A DNA stretch of 63,988 nucleotides, the filler included, from Thelocarpon superellum (Eukaryota), in the NCBI GenBank assembly GCA_026025795.1. It is 3 parts of 3 records of this genome, joined end to end, with 100 filler letters (N's around TTAATTAATTAA, not from the genome) between each part and the next. Parts side by side here need not be neighbours in the genome. Positions count along the whole stretch, not along the records: positions 1 to 24,509 come from JAPEUG010000273.1; 2 more parts are not named here. The stretch is one strand, 5' to 3'. Under the pieces are notes generated by a model, which was given only the letters and a program-made list of their open reading frames with translations, did no database searches and was not told the DNA's origin. Shown here one piece after another: positions 1 to 16,527 of this stretch. Position numbers and translations under genes: made by a program. Numbering within the stretch: the stretch's first letter is position 1; the number at the start of each line of letters is the position of its first letter.

Positions 1-65
1 CGTTCCACGTCGCATCGTTCATGAATCAATCGTGATCAGATGATGATGAGCTACACCCACACCGA

Positions 66-3000
66 TCAGTCATCGGATCTGTCGAGCAACCGCGCACCAG
101 AACCCACCTCGATCAGTTTCCCCACCAAGACCGCACATCGCCGCTGGTGGTTCTGCGTCGCGCGGAACGTGGACGTCTTCCAAATGCCGCTCATCCCCAC
201 CTCGCCGAGCACGTCGGACATCTTGCGCGTCGATCGGGAGGCGTCGATGAATCGCGAGTCGGCGGCGAGGGATCGCATCAGGGCATGTGCGGCCTCGAGA
301 GTCTCCACCGTCTCGGAGGATTGGAGGATCCCATCGAGCACCGACGCCACCGGCTCGTAACTACCACCGAGTCAGTCCTAGTCCGGTCACGGAGGACAGG
401 GAGCGGGGGAAACTCACATCTGCACCAGCACGGGCGGTCGCTGCGTCGCCACGCGCTGTAGGAAGACCAGGCTCCGTTGCTGCACCGCATCCTCGCACGA
501 GGCAAAGTCGACGATGCTCAAGGCCACGTGCAGCGCCAGTTCTGCGTCCGTGATGTGCTGGAGCTCGAGCATGGCAAAGACGTCGTTGGGCGACTTCACC
601 CCCAGGTCCGGGCTCAGGCCCGTCAGCCAGTACATCTCCCGGATCTCGTCGACCGTGGTGGCACGAGAGGCCACCAGCGCGTGGTAAGGCAGGATGGCCT
701 TGTCCTTGGGGTAGTGTCGCTCCTCCGCCACCGACGCGCTGGCAATCTCCAAGAAGCTGGTGATGGTGCGGAGCGTCGTGTCCTTGCTCACCGGATCCGC
801 CAGACCCTTGATCAGGCAGGCACAGCAGGCAAAGTGGAAATTGTCCTCGCGAAAGTGCACCCCGTACAGCGCGTCGATCTCGCGCGTCACCTCGTCGATG
901 CCCTGACGCGCCTGCAACAGCACCCGCGCCAACTGCCCATGCTTGAAGTCGCCCGAGGCCGCGATCGCCTGCAGCACGGCCTCGAGGAAGGAGGCGGCGC
1001 TGTCGAAGAGCGCCAGGGACGCCAGCCGCACCAGCGACATGGCCAGCCAGAACAGCTGCACCAGGTAGCGCGACGACGACGACAGCTTCGTCATCATCTT
1101 CGTCAGCGTCGTCACGATGGCGATCAACAGCTCCGCGTCCGCCTCGTCCCCGTACCCCTCCATGGCCGTGCGGAGCGACACCAGCACCTGGTACAACAGA
1201 TCGTCGTCCACCTCCTCGCGCGCCAGGCACCCCATGACCGCGAATGCCCGCGGCTGGATCGCCGGGTTGCTCTGAAAGGCCGTGCTCGCCACCAGACTCA
1301 TCCACCGCGCCCGCCACATGTTGGCGATGTTGGTCGATGGTGCGCCGCTGCCGATGACGTCGAGCATGAGTTGCACGATGGACTGCAACGCCGTGAAGTT
1401 GGCATTGTCGCGCTCTTGCTGCGCCGTCACCGTCACCCCGACTCCCCCCGACTCACCACTGGCGCTATCGTCCGCCGCCGCCGCCGCCGCCGCTGCCGCC
1501 GCCGCCACCGCAGCCGGGTGCAGGGTGAAGAGCATCTTCGTGCTCGGCTGCGAGAGCCGCGCCAGCGCCAGCTTCAGCTTCCCGCGCCGGGCCTCGTCGA
1601 GGGGAAAGGAGGTGCCGATGGCGTGCACCGTGTTGACCAGGAGATTGTGCACCAGGCTCCGCGTCCCCACCGAGCCCGTGTTGACCACCGACGTGATGAT
1701 GTGGAAGAGCTCGGGCAGGAAGAGCTGCGACTGCGCCTTGCTGGCAAACGACGTGGCCACGCAAAGGTGCAGCAGCACACACGTCTCGCTCCACACCGCG
1801 TTGCCCGGCAGATGACGCGTCGGCCGCAGCGAGCTGCGATTGAGGATCTTGCGCAGCCGCGCAATCACCTTGCCCTGCACCGTCACCGTGCCCAGCGCCG
1901 CCGCGATGGCGCCGATGGCGTCGGTGCGTTCGCTCTCCGCCCCGGCCGCCAGCGCCATCTTGATCATCTCATCGAGCAGGATGTCCAATACCAGCTCGTC
2001 GCGCGCCACCACCGGCCAGACCGTCCGCTGGAGGCAGGCGCTCAGCCCCGGCTCGTCCAGGACCACCTCCATCAGCCGGCGCGCGATCCACGCCACCCGC
2101 TCCTTGCCCTTCTCGCCCTCGCGGTCCGGCGCCAGCACGTGCGTGCGCAGGTTCCCCAGCCACGGTACCATGTACAGCACGTGCAGCGAGCGCTGCGGGA
2201 TCGCCAGCCGCTCCCAGGCCAGGAAGAACTCGCCCAAGAAGTCGGACGTCAGATGCGGCTCCGACCCGGCCAGCCGCTCGCTGATGCCTACCACGATCGA
2301 CACCGACGAGGCCGGGATGTACAGGTCCTGCGCCGCCACGAACTGGTCCGCCAGGCCAAAGTGAAAGGCCCGGCACAGGCTACACAGGAGATTATACGAC
2401 GTCCGCCGGAGCGCGTGATCGTCGCTCGCCAGGTTCATCAAGGCGATGTTGAGCAGCGTGCCGGGCACGTCCTCGGGACGAATCAGTCGCTCCGAGGACT
2501 TGGTCGGCTTGGCGTTCTTGCTGTGCTTCGCCTTGGCCGACCGGATCGCCCCGAGGATCTCCGACTTGCGCGCGCTGTTAAAGTGCATGACGATCTTGCC
2601 ATTCTCCGTCCGCAGCCCGAAGCCATGCTCCCCGCTCCCGAGGCCACCGCCATCGCCACCGAGACCCGGACCGCTGGCCTCATCCACATCCGCCAGGCGG
2701 AAGATGTCGTTGACCGTGGCATTCAGGCGCAGGCCCGGCGCGATATCCTGCTTCTTCGTCGTCGTGATCTGCACAAACTGGCTGCCGATCTTGATGACGA
2801 CGTCGATCTTGCCCTTGGTCTTGGACAGCCGGACCACCGGCTGGAAGACGAAGCGCGAGTCGTTAACCACCGCGATCGTCGTCTTGGGCAAGTGCAGCGG
2901 GCCCAGGTGGAAGTGGCCCTGCAGCTCTTGCAGGCTGCCGATGAGCCGGTACTCCACGTGGCTGGGGTGAAAGGAGCTGTGCTCGTGCTTGCCCGACAGC

Positions 3001-6000
3001 CGCAGCGCACGTCGGAAGCATTTGCGGAAGGCGCTATTCATGTTATACACATACACCTTGGATAGATGCCGTGTCAGCTCCGCCGGGCTCAATGCGTCGA
3101 GCTTGTGGAAGAGGTCGTCTTGCGACTCGCTGAGACTATTGTAGCAGGTCGCGTCCACCAACACGGCGAAGGGCCGGTGCCACATGCGGCTCGCAATCTT
3201 GAGGTAGCAGTATAGCAGCAGGTCGTGGTCGATACCTTCGGCCTCAATACTGCTCAGGATGATGCAAATCACCGGCAGACCTTCCTTGGTGTGCCCGCCA
3301 TCGTAAACCGCCCGCGCCGAGATGACGGCCTCGCTGTTCCGTCCGGCGTTCTTGAGCATGAAGTGCTGGAAGCGTGAGTACGTCGGCGGGATGTTGGCCG
3401 CAATGAGCGGCCGATTCCACGAGATATCGACCGAGGGTGACCCGAGATGCGCAACGAGCCCGCCCAGCACGTCCGCCGCGCTCGTCCGCGGTACCGCCGG
3501 CACCGGTTCTTCGTGCGCCGATGTCGTTGTCGTCGTGGTGCCGGTGGTGGTGGTCGTCGTCGTCGTCGTCGACGCGGAAGAGGCCGATGTCGACGCCTGC
3601 CACGAGCGCCGCTCGCGCATCACCACCTTCTGTCGCACCGTATCCCAGTGCTCGAAGAGGAAGCGGTGCAAGGCCACGCACGACCCGAAATCGTACGCCT
3701 CTGGCCACGGCTCCGTCTCGGCCGTCGACGCCGGCACCGGGGCTGAGATCTCGCGCAAAAAGGCGGTGACGCGGATGATGTGCTGGCTGAGGAAGTCATT
3801 GAGCGGGAACATGTAGGCCTCCTTGACGCCAAACGGCACGTTGTTCGCCAGATTCTGCACCACCTTGGCGATGAGGAGCAGGCCGCGCCGCATCTCCTTG
3901 GTCGGCACCGTGCTAACCAGGCCCTCGGACTCGGGCGCGACGATGGCGGGGCAAAAGAAGCGCAGGAAGACAAAGGCGCCCACGGCGGTGTAGATGGCTT
4001 CGGGAAAGCGGGCAGCGACGGCGGTCGTGATGAGATTGCAGATACGTCGGAAGATGACCGGCACCCGCTCGGTAGACTTGAGGATCTCGTCGATGAAGAT
4101 CTTGCTGACGTAGCACAGTTGCACCGCGTTGCGCTGCAGCTGCTCCGTCGTGGCCACCTTTACCGGATCGAGCTCGAGGTCGAGTTCGTTGGCCGCCTGC
4201 AGGAGTCGCCGGATCAGCTGCTGCAGCGTCACCCGAAGGTATTTGGCCCCCTTCCAGCGCCCGTAGGCTGAGAGCATCTTCGTCGTCACGCTGTTTCGCC
4301 GGAGCAGCTCCGTCTCATTCTCCGTGATAGCTACCTCGTGCTCGATCAGTGCCTTGAGCAGCACCAAGCCCCGGCCACGCGACTCGAATACGTTGAGCAG
4401 CGAGTACGTGATCTCGTCCACCTCACTACTCGGGCAGGCCTCGCATAGCGCCACGCAGAGCCCGAGGTCGTTCAGGAAGAGTTCAAGCAGGCTCTTGTAC
4501 TTCTCGCTCATGGCCGCGTCCGAGAGTCGCTCAAACTCCACCTCCTGGTTGAGGATGTTGCAGAGGACACGCAAGAAGGCGGTGCGGACGTGGCGATCCG
4601 GGTGATAGCCAATCTCGAGCGTCTGCTTGAGCCCGACGTCGATGTTGGCGCTCAGCAGATTGGAGAGCGCGGTGATGACGAGGTCGCCGATGGACGCGGC
4701 GTCGTCCGGGTTGCCCAGGGCTGGCGCTTCGGGATCCAGCAAGGATAAGAAGCGGCCAAAGTAGTCGTGGTAAAGGGCAGACTTGGACTCGCTCGTGTCC
4801 GCGTCGCTCTGACCCTCCGGCGGCTGCAAAGGTAGGCCGAAGGTGAGGTCAACGAGGGCACGCAGACTGGTCCGGTCGAGGTCACGCTGCACGCGTGCCA
4901 CCGCGTCGGGCCGCACCCCTGGCGGAAGCGTGGTCTCGTCGGCACGCGGGGCGCCGGGGCGTGACATCCAGGACAGCAGCAGCGCCAGCAGCTGATTGCG
5001 CACGCGGATGTCGTGACCGATCTTCAGCGCCTCACGCTTGCCCGTGACGGCCTCGCAGAGCTGGCAGATCTTGATCTTGACCCGCAGCGTCGTCAGGTCG
5101 GTCGGCAGACCGTCGAGAAACTGGGCAAGGTCGAGCGCGAGCACGCCAAAGTCGGCCGAAACGAGGGCCTCGTGCACGTCGTCGAGCCGCTCAAAGATGG
5201 CGCGCAATAGCGAGGCAACCTGCTCTGCAAAGACGAGCCGAGCCTCCGTCGAGATGTCCGAGGCGTCATCGTCCTCGAACATGTGTGTCATCTGGGCCTC
5301 GAGAGCGCGGAAGACGGGAGCATAGAGGCGTGGACTCAGCTCCGTGCCGAGTACGTCACGGATGGCCTCACGCGCGCGCACGTTGGGCGCGCTCAGCAGG
5401 AGCAGGCATTGTCTGGTGAAGCGGTCCAGCAGGGAGGCGTCCTCGCCGTCCGCCGGCGCCTGGTCAATGCCGTGAAAGGGTGCGTCAACCGCGGCACCGT
5501 CGGGACGAGGGCCAGCAGGCGGGGCATCGCTTATGCACAGCCCGCCCAAGGCTGCGAGGAAGCCGGCGTAGTTGCGCCACTCCATGAGCGCCGTCTCGTC
5601 GACATCGGTGCGGGCGCCAGCCCGTGGGTGCAGGATTTGAGCCGAGATGAGGCTCCAGCGGGCGAAGCAGAACTCCCAGGCCGTCAGCATGCCGGGTGTA
5701 GGCCGGCTCATCTTGACGAGCAGACGGCGGTAGCGCTTTTGAAAGGCGACGAGGCCGGTGAGGTGGAAGCTGGGCGAGGAGAGGTCGAGATAGACGTCGT
5801 GATTGCGCATGATGCTAAGGGGTGAGCGCACGAGGTCGTGCAGGTCCTCCGTCAGCGCGCCCTCCTCACAGCAGGTGGCGAGGGCGCGGCGGGTGGCGGC
5901 GCAAACGGCCAGGTCGCTAGAGCAGAGCAGCACGAGAAAGGCCTCCTCGAGGTCGACCGAGGCCGTGCTGCGCTCCGGGATATCCATGCCGACGTCGGAC

Positions 6001-8299
6001 GCGAGCGACATGGTCTTGTGCAGCGTGAGCACGTCGAGCCGAGCGCGCAGGAAGTCGTCGATGGTGTGCACGAGCGCCTTGGCGTCAGGCCCGCGCAGGC
6101 TCAGGTCGAGCGCCTTCTTAGCCAGGGTGGAGAGCAGGAGTGAGGTGGAGCGCCACCATTGGTGCAGCAGAAAGCGGTCGCTGCCCGAGTCACGCGTCCG
6201 GCTCGTCCAGATCTTGTGGCTCTCCGCGATGATGCGGCAGACGATCCGTGACGCCAGCGAACGTACGCGCTCATCGTCGTCGGCCAGATAGGCGACAAAG
6301 GCCAGCAGGCCATCGCTGAAGTACTCGTTGTAGTCGATGGCGTCCTGCGGCCCATCGGCGAAGAGGGTGGCGGGCCGGATGGCGAGGAAGTCAAACATGG
6401 TGCAGAGCACCTCGTACGACTGCGGATCGACGTTGGGGTCGGCCGAGGGCCGGCGGCCGCGCGTGTGTGCGGCGTGCAAGTGGGCCGCGCGAGCCAGCAG
6501 CAGCGTGCGCACGTGCGGGCCGACGGCGGCGAAGAGGGCGTGATATTGGGCTGCGTCGGGCTGACGGGCCATGATAGCGCACGAGTGGAAGACGGCGAGC
6601 TTGACCTGGGTGGGCGAGTCGGGCTGGAAGCACCAGGGCAGCAGATGGTCGAGGATGGAGTCCTGGTTCAGATGGCACAGGCTGACGATGACGGCCACCA
6701 TGAACGGTAGGTCAAAGGCGCGGTCATCGTTGGCGGCGGCGGCGGCGGTGGCGGGGCGGAAGACCTCCTCGCGCACCTCGAGCTGGACGTCCAGGGCGTA
6801 GCTCAGCAGGGCCGCGTCGCTCTCGAGGGGAAAGTGGTGGGCGACCTTGCAGATGCCGACGAGGCAGAAGGCCGCGGTGTTGCTGCTACGCGACGAGTGT
6901 AAGCTCTGGCGGAGGCCCTCAAGGAAGGCAGCCTTTTTGGCCAGGCTGCCCTTGGCGTCTTGCATGCTCCCCGCGACCCAGAAGACTTCCGGGATGAGAA
7001 GGACGAGGGCAGTCTGGAAGGGCCAAATGAATTCTTTCAGTCGCACGTCGTCAGCCATAGAGCCGGACATATCGAAGAGGAATTCGCAGCCGCCGTCGAG
7101 TCGGCGCTCGAAGGTATGCAGCCGCACAAACTCGTCGGGGTTGGTGTCGATCCACCGGCCGATGGTCTCGGGCAGCAGCACCGCCACCGCATTCTGCGCC
7201 GGTTTCTGCAAATTCAGGAAACAGGCACACAGCTCCTGGATGAGCACGCTCAGCTTGCGCCGGTCGATCCATACGTGCGCCAGAAGCTGGAGGCCAGCCA
7301 GGGCACTGGCCTCGGAGTCGGGCGCGCCGTCGGGCCGGGGCATGCTGCCCGGGCCGGAGGTGACGGGGAGGGCTCGAAGGAGCTTGAGCTTGGTCTGGAT
7401 GTAGGCGAAGAGCAGCGACCAATTGGATGCGGAGAGATACTCCATGATTTGGAACGCGGCGCGATCCAGCCGACCGTGCGTGCGGCTGCTGGGGGGAGCC
7501 GCAGCACCGCGGGCGGCCATGTCCGGAATGCGATTGCCGCCGCCGCCGGGCAGGAATCCCAGGTCCAGCAAGGATGACATGGGCATGAGCTGCTCGTCGG
7601 GCAGCGGGGTGATTATGTGGGTCAAGAGGTTGATCATGTGCATGACCTGAGCCTCGGGCAGTGCCGGCGGCACCACATTGTGGTTGTTCCGGGCGGCACG
7701 GGCATCGGGACCATCGGCCGCCTCACTTCGCGATTGTGAGCGGGATGAGGGCGAGGCGGTGCTCCGATCATCGTCAGGCGGGGATGGGGAGGCGGCGCCA
7801 GCGTCGGCCACAAGGCGCACGCGGTTCCAATGGGCCGTACAGCAGTCGGCGAGAAGCTCGACGACATATAGCTCGGATTGGAGGACGAAGTCGGGCCGTG
7901 ACCGGATGGGACCAAATTTCTTTCATGGGTCAGTTCTTTCGGAATCTACGGGTTCCGACGACGGGGGTGGGGCGGGGCGTGAAGCGGGGCGAGACTCACG
8001 GTGGAGAGCTCATCGAGCACGGCGCCGAGGCCAGCGATTGTAGGGCCGATATCAAACTCGCTGACTTGGGTCAAGCTGGCGCGGGTCAAGGTAAAGAGAC
8101 CATCACGGCTCAGGTCGCTGGCGTCAATGCCAGTCCGATAGGGCAGCTAAAAGGGCGAGGCGGGGTCACCGTCAGCGTTCCGGTCTCTTGGGTGGGGTAG
8201 ATATCGTGAATAGATCCGGAAGGAAAAGGAGGAAGGCCCTACCCGTGATGTCAAGCGGCCCACAAGGCTGGTGACCAGCTTGTCGCGCGGTCTGGCCAT
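66..8299 (-). CDS. IRA2: Neurofibromin/Ira-family Ras GTPase-activating protein (RasGAP + Sec14-like + PH-like), 4 exons
   Basis: 2468-aa ORF with RasGAP motifs (LLRRNS, FVFLRFFCPAIVAP, AKVVQNLAN), then a Sec14/PH region and IRPEDVPGTLLNIALMNL. Exons read by eye: 8299-8243 (MARPRDKLVTSLVGRLTSR), 8146-8000 (LPYRTG...), 7919-418, 360-66; all introns GT..AG and frame-preserving. Confidence 0.95.
1472..1506. repeat. (GCC)n trinucleotide tract encoding poly-Ala in IRA2
   Basis: ccgccgccgccgccgccgccgctgccgccgccgcc seen directly; a poly-Thr tract also lies at about 3525-3570. Confidence 0.9.
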
Positions 8300-8640
8300 G
8301 GTTGCCTCCGCTCTCCGCTCAATGGGGCGTTGTGTGGGTGGCAGCGATTGGGCTTGAGCAAGAGCAGAGCGCGGGGGAGGCGAACGACGGGCCGCGGCAC
8401 TGCGATTCGGCGGGGGCGACGCAGACGATGGGGGCGGAGCAGCAACTGACGACGACCGCCGTGGTCCTAGGTCTCACGAGCTGACCTTCTGACGCCGAGG
8501 CCGGCGAGGCGGAGGGCGCGAAGACCGGGATGCAGGGTCAAGTACGGCGGCCGTCACGACATGGTCACTCGTACGACCGTCACCCACATGATGCATTCGT
8601 GATACGGTGCCGTCGGTCCACGAAGGGAGGGACAGTTCCA

Positions 8641-8666
8641 CGGACTCGGACTCGGACTCGGACTCG
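8641..8666. repeat. (CGGACT)4 hexanucleotide microsatellite in the IRA2-ARO1 divergent intergenic region
   Basis: cggactcggactcggactcggactcg. Confidence 0.85.
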
Positions 8667-9830
8667 TACGCGAGAGGACGGCCGTGTCTCCGCGCATCTG
8701 CAGGAATAGGCGATGACGGAGGATGGATGGACAGCCGGGTCTCGGGGTGGGCGCGAGGGATTACGGTGCTACAGAGGTGGGGGGTGCCGAGCTGCACGAT
8801 GCATAGTCGCGGAAGATTGATAGGAGGGTGGGAGAGGAACGGTCGCGATGGGGGCAGTAAGTTCGTAGGGAAATGGAGGAGGTGGCAGTGGTGCTCGGCG
8901 TTGTGGTGGTGGAGAGACCGGAACGGTGATACACAAGCCACAGGCACACTGACCCACTTACCCACGCCAGACTTGTACGAGTCCAGTGATCCACACTGAC
9001 CCACGGATTCATCGACCTACCCCATCAACCCGTCTCCCGTACCCGTCACCCCGGACGGCCCCCAGCACGCCAGCAATCTACCCGTCCGAGCCCATACCAG
9101 ATACCATCCGGGCTCATATCGTATGTGGGCCTACTAAGCATCGAATTTGGGTCATCACGCGTTGAACAGTCGTTGTCTTCTAACTGACCGGTCTGTAGTG
9201 CCTCTGCACTCGACGATGTAATTGCACTCGTCCATCTCGGCACGACGACTACCACGAGCATGAGCGCGAGCCCGGGCCCAACGTGACTGCAACCCGACCC
9301 ACACATCCCCTCTTCCCCACCCCCACTGACTGCGTAATGGGCAAGTCGTTCCTGGGCAGCAGACTAAGTTCTCTAAGCTATCCGTGTGTGCCGTTCGACT
9401 TCTGCCAACCCCCATACTCGTACCTCCGTGAGGAATTGATACGGCTGTCACTGGCTCAGCCGGGCTTTGCTCTCGTCCGCCCGACCTGCTAGTGGCTGCC
9501 AGAGCTAGAGGGACCCGCTGCACGGTAGTTAAATGCTTAGTGACCGCGCTAGGAAACTTCCGTGAGCATCGCGAAAGGCAATTGGCCGCGGGCGATCGGC
9601 ATCGTCAGACCCAACCAAAAGCTTCTCGTACGACGTAAATGCGGAAAAATTGTCCAGCTCGTGCACAGCTCCCTCAGCTGTCTCAATTACCATCGCCAGG
9701 GTTGTCATCATGGTCTGTGTCCCGGGAGACAGGTTGCACCAGCAGCCATCGTAGAGGCCCGTGCTGATGCCTTGCAGGCCTGGCCGTCCCCTTCCTGAGA
9801 TACCCCACCCATCGTAGGTAGATATAATAA

Positions 9831-14972
<5,142 letters not shown>

Positions 14973-16527
14973 CACTCATACCTACCTATCCACAGTACGA
15001 TTCGAATCGATCTGATCCGGTATGGTGCGGTGTGTACGGACTAGCCGTAGTTAGGGAAAGGTGAAGGTAGATGAAAGTAGTAAAGAAAAAAGCGCCACTA
15101 TTTTAATATTTTGGTAATCATCTCCTCATTCCACTCCGCCCTTCCTCTTGCCTTTTCGACCTTACCGCGGGTCTCCACATACGTGTACGGTGGCGGGGTG
15201 AGAGTAAAGTCCCTTGGGCCGAGACGAGAAACGTTACTTAACTATTTCTAATCCATCGGCCTTGATTGGCCGACTACACAAAGCAGAGAAAAATACTCGA
15301 ACTCTCGCTCTGCTTGGTAAGCCAGTTTATGGCACTCGTGGAACGGAACGGTACGGTGCTAACGGTACATGTCCGGTTGGGGTTCTACTTACGTATACAC
15401 TTGTTACGCTTACGAGGTACGAGGTAGATCAGTATGGAAGCATTCAGGTGGGAAGCAATGGAGGAATAACCAAGACGTTTTCATCATTTGTTCTCTCGCT
15501 GATGCAACCGGCCTTGGTCTCGACCTGTGTCGCAGCCTCACTCTTGTACACGGTGTCACGTCCTCTCTTCACCGCAACCACACAATACAGTTCTTGGTAC
15601 ATCAGTCGCCATTTTCTTCAAATCCAAGAGAAATTTGATTCTCGTTGAGAGAAAAGTCTGCACCATAATCTCGCTGGCTCACGCGATGATACAGAAGTGA
15701 AGAAAAGCAGACACACGGACGAATTCGCACACTCGCTTTGGTATGGGAAAGATATAGCAATAATTACTCGCTCGCTTGCTGAATCGCTCGATCGAGAAAC
15801 TAGAGAAACGAGACACAAAAAAATGGAAGACACGTCAATACGCTCCGAGACTGGTCAAGGACAACGTTGTCGTCATGGTCATGGTCATGGTCACAGTCAC
15901 GGTCGCGGTGATTCCCGCCGGAAGATACCGGTCTCGGCGGGAATCGTGTCGCGAAAATCGCTCCACAAGTGTCCGACAAGTGTCCGCAAAGAGACATGAG
16001 GCACCACTTGAGAGGTTTAAAAGGTTAGGGGCCGGTGGTCGTGGGTCGTGGGCCGTGCCGATGATCCATGGCATCATACCAGGCACAGCGGTCTCACCGA
16101 TACGGAATAGCGGGATCGAGGTAGGGAGTAGTGGAGCCGAGGGTTCCGTCGTCGTAGGTGGCTGGCCGCTTATCGGCACGATCGGCCGCCACGGACGTGA
16201 AGGGTACCACGATCGAGAGTGGTCCGTGGTTACGTCGGGCGAGGTGGGAAGGGTGGGAGAGGAGCGTCATCGCCTCGGCAAGTGGAGGTGGAGGAGGTCG
16301 CGTAAGTCGCACCAAAACGCCAGATGATGTCATTGGTCTCGTGATCGCGCCAATCAGCGTCACCGACGAAACGAGGCACCCGCATCCGGGCCCAACGCCA
16401 AACCATGGAGTCCCCGTCCCTGGCCATGGCGTTCATGGCGTTCGTGGCGTGCATGCCATGCACGCTATGGCTATGCGCTCATACCATACTCCCAAGGTAC
16501 CGATTCTCGAATGCTGGCCCGGCTCGC

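Noticed and set aside
477..3065. 862-aa plus-strand ORF antisense to IRA2
   Set aside because: Shadow ORF: high GC3 in the real gene removes stops on the opposite strand; no recognisable domain.
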